Assembly (NCBI GenBank): GCA_044220955.1
Contig: JBGAQA010000045.1
Location: 1-53,007, forward strand
Source: Sandaracinaceae bacterium
GTDB taxonomy: Bacteria > Myxococcota_A > Polyangia > Polyangiales > Sandaracinaceae
DNA length: 53,007 nt
Reading direction: 5' to 3'
Shown one piece after another: positions 51,795 to 53,007 of the stretch. Within the stretch, counting starts at the first letter, position 1. Each line of letters begins with the position of its first letter. Made by a program: the position numbers and the translations under genes. The notes beneath the pieces were generated by a model. It made no database searches. It was not told the origin of the DNA and worked only from the letters and a program-made list of their open reading frames with translations.

Positions 51795-52820
51795 ATGCGC
51801 CGCAGGGTGTCGCCCGACGATTCCGCGACGGTGCCGAACGCGCGGCCACTGAGCGAGGAGCCCGAGCCGCCGGCGGAGGACGTGTTCGCGAGCTTCCTTC
51901 AGCGGGCGTATGCACGGAAGGAAGGGCGCCCGTCGCGGAGCATGCGCGCGACGTCCGAGTGGGAGCGCTCGGTCGAGGAGCTCTTGCCGCGCGAGCCCGA
52001 GCCCGCTCGCGACGAGCGCGACACCGACCCACCCCCTGCGCCCACGTCGGGCGACGTCGAGAGCGTCCCCGACGACGCGCCGGCGATGGAGAAGAAGATC
52101 GACGCCGACGGCACGCTCCGCGTCGTCCTGCTCACGCGGAAGAAGACGCTCCCGCCCGGCTACGCGGCCCCCGAGCGAGACGACGACGACGCGCACCCGG
52201 CCGGCGACGGCAGCGAGGGCGCGACGGCGGTGGCGAACACCGAGGAGCTGCGCGCAGCCGTCCGCGCCTCCCGGCCGGACGTGCCCCTGCCGGCCGAGCG
52301 CCTGCCCGCCGCGGCGAGGCAGCCTTCGCGCCCGTCGGCCGTCCAGGAGTGGTCGAGCGTGATCCCGCCGCCGTCGGAGGCGACGCAGCGCCGCGAGGCC
52401 AAGAAGCTGGTGCCGGATCTCGCGGCGCCGAAGCTGCGCCCGAAGCCGGCGCGCGAGGCGAGCGAGGACGGCCTCATCCCGAGCGGGGAGCTGGACCGCA
52501 AGCTCGGAGACATGGCCGTGCTGCTGCGGTACGGCCACGAGGCGCAGGCCGCGCGCGAGCTCGAGAGCCTTCGCCGCAGCTACCCGCAAGATCTGCTGCT
52601 GCTCCGCCGCATCGGCGAGTTCTGGTCCGAGAGCGGTCTCAAGGAGCGCGCGCTCGAGACCCTGTTCGCGCTCGCGAGCGGGCTCTTCGAGCGGCGCAAC
52701 GTCGAGGGCATGCGGCAGGCGCTCGAGCAGGCCAAGGCGCTCGATCCGGGCAGCGAGCGAGCGGGCCGCCTCCTCGCCCTGCTCGACGCACGTCCCGAGA
52801 CGGCGGCGCCGAAGAAGTGA
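51795..52820 (+). CDS. hypothetical protein, low-complexity N-terminus and C-terminal TPR-like helices
   Basis: Pro/Glu/Asp-rich region followed by 'EQAKALDPGS' TPR-like repeats. Confidence 0.7.
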   Translation: MRRRVSPDDSATVPNARPLSEEPEPPAEDVFASFLQRAYARKEGRPSRSMRATSEWERSVEELLPREPEPARDERDTDPPPAPTSGDVESVPDDAPAMEKKIDADGTLRVVLLTRKKTLPPGYAAPERDDDDAHPAGDGSEGATAVANTEELRAAVRASRPDVPLPAERLPAAARQPSRPSAVQEWSSVIPPPSEATQRREAKKLVPDLAAPKLRPKPAREASEDGLIPSGELDRKLGDMAVLLRYGHEAQAARELESLRRSYPQDLLLLRRIGEFWSESGLKERALETLFALASGLFERRNVEGMRQALEQAKALDPGSERAGRLLALLDARPETAAPKK

Positions 52821-52874
52821 GCGGGTCGCACCCCTCACCGAGCCTGTCCGGGCCCGCGCAGGTGACCGAGGGGG

Positions 52875-53007
52875 TCAGAGTTCGAGCTGCATTCCCATCT
52901 CGACGACCCGCTCGGGGGGCAGCTCGAAGAAGTCGGTCGCGGGTCGCGCGTTGCGCGAGAGGAAGGCGAACAGGAGCTTCTGGACGGTCCAGAGGCCGGG
53001 GTTTCGG
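52875..53007 (-). CDS. kup: KUP/HAK/KT potassium transporter, C-terminal end (partial)
   Basis: Minus strand reads QKLLFAFLSRNARPATDFFELPPERVVEMGMQLEL*. Confidence 0.9.
   Translation of the reverse strand, partial: RNPGLWTVQKLLFAFLSRNARPATDFFELPPERVVEMGMQLEL

Overview
High-GC, gene-dense chromosomal window that looks myxobacterial (Polyangia/Sandaracinaceae-like, inferred from gene content and protein style). The housekeeping backbone comprises dnaG-rpoD, ybeY, HU, a punA-cdd-amidohydrolase nucleoside-salvage operon, rph-rdgB-tRNA-Pro-tRNA-Arg, rluB, an RHH gene-lepA pair, leuS and the 3' end of kup. The accessory modules are: (1) a tight four-gene run encoding an apparently catalytically dead biotin carboxylase, an atypical receiver-domain protein, a pentameric ligand-gated ion channel and a membrane-anchored partner; (2) an imelysin/di-haem oxidoreductase/imelysin iron operon with Fur-like boxes; (3) a ~4.8-kb decayed island integrated in tRNA-Arg(TCT), with 46-bp att repeats and an integrase remnant; (4) a five-gene envelope cluster of two related outer-membrane barrels flanking a large lipase-like, a ceramidase-like and another lipoprotein, whose first gene lacks its 5' end next to a four-helix-bundle fragment bracketed by hexamer repeats; (5) tandem DxDxDG-repeat lipoproteins and a TPR/Cys-rich lipoprotein pair. 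All calls come from reading motifs by eye; no searches were run. Many start codons were moved from the ORF track and are approximate.
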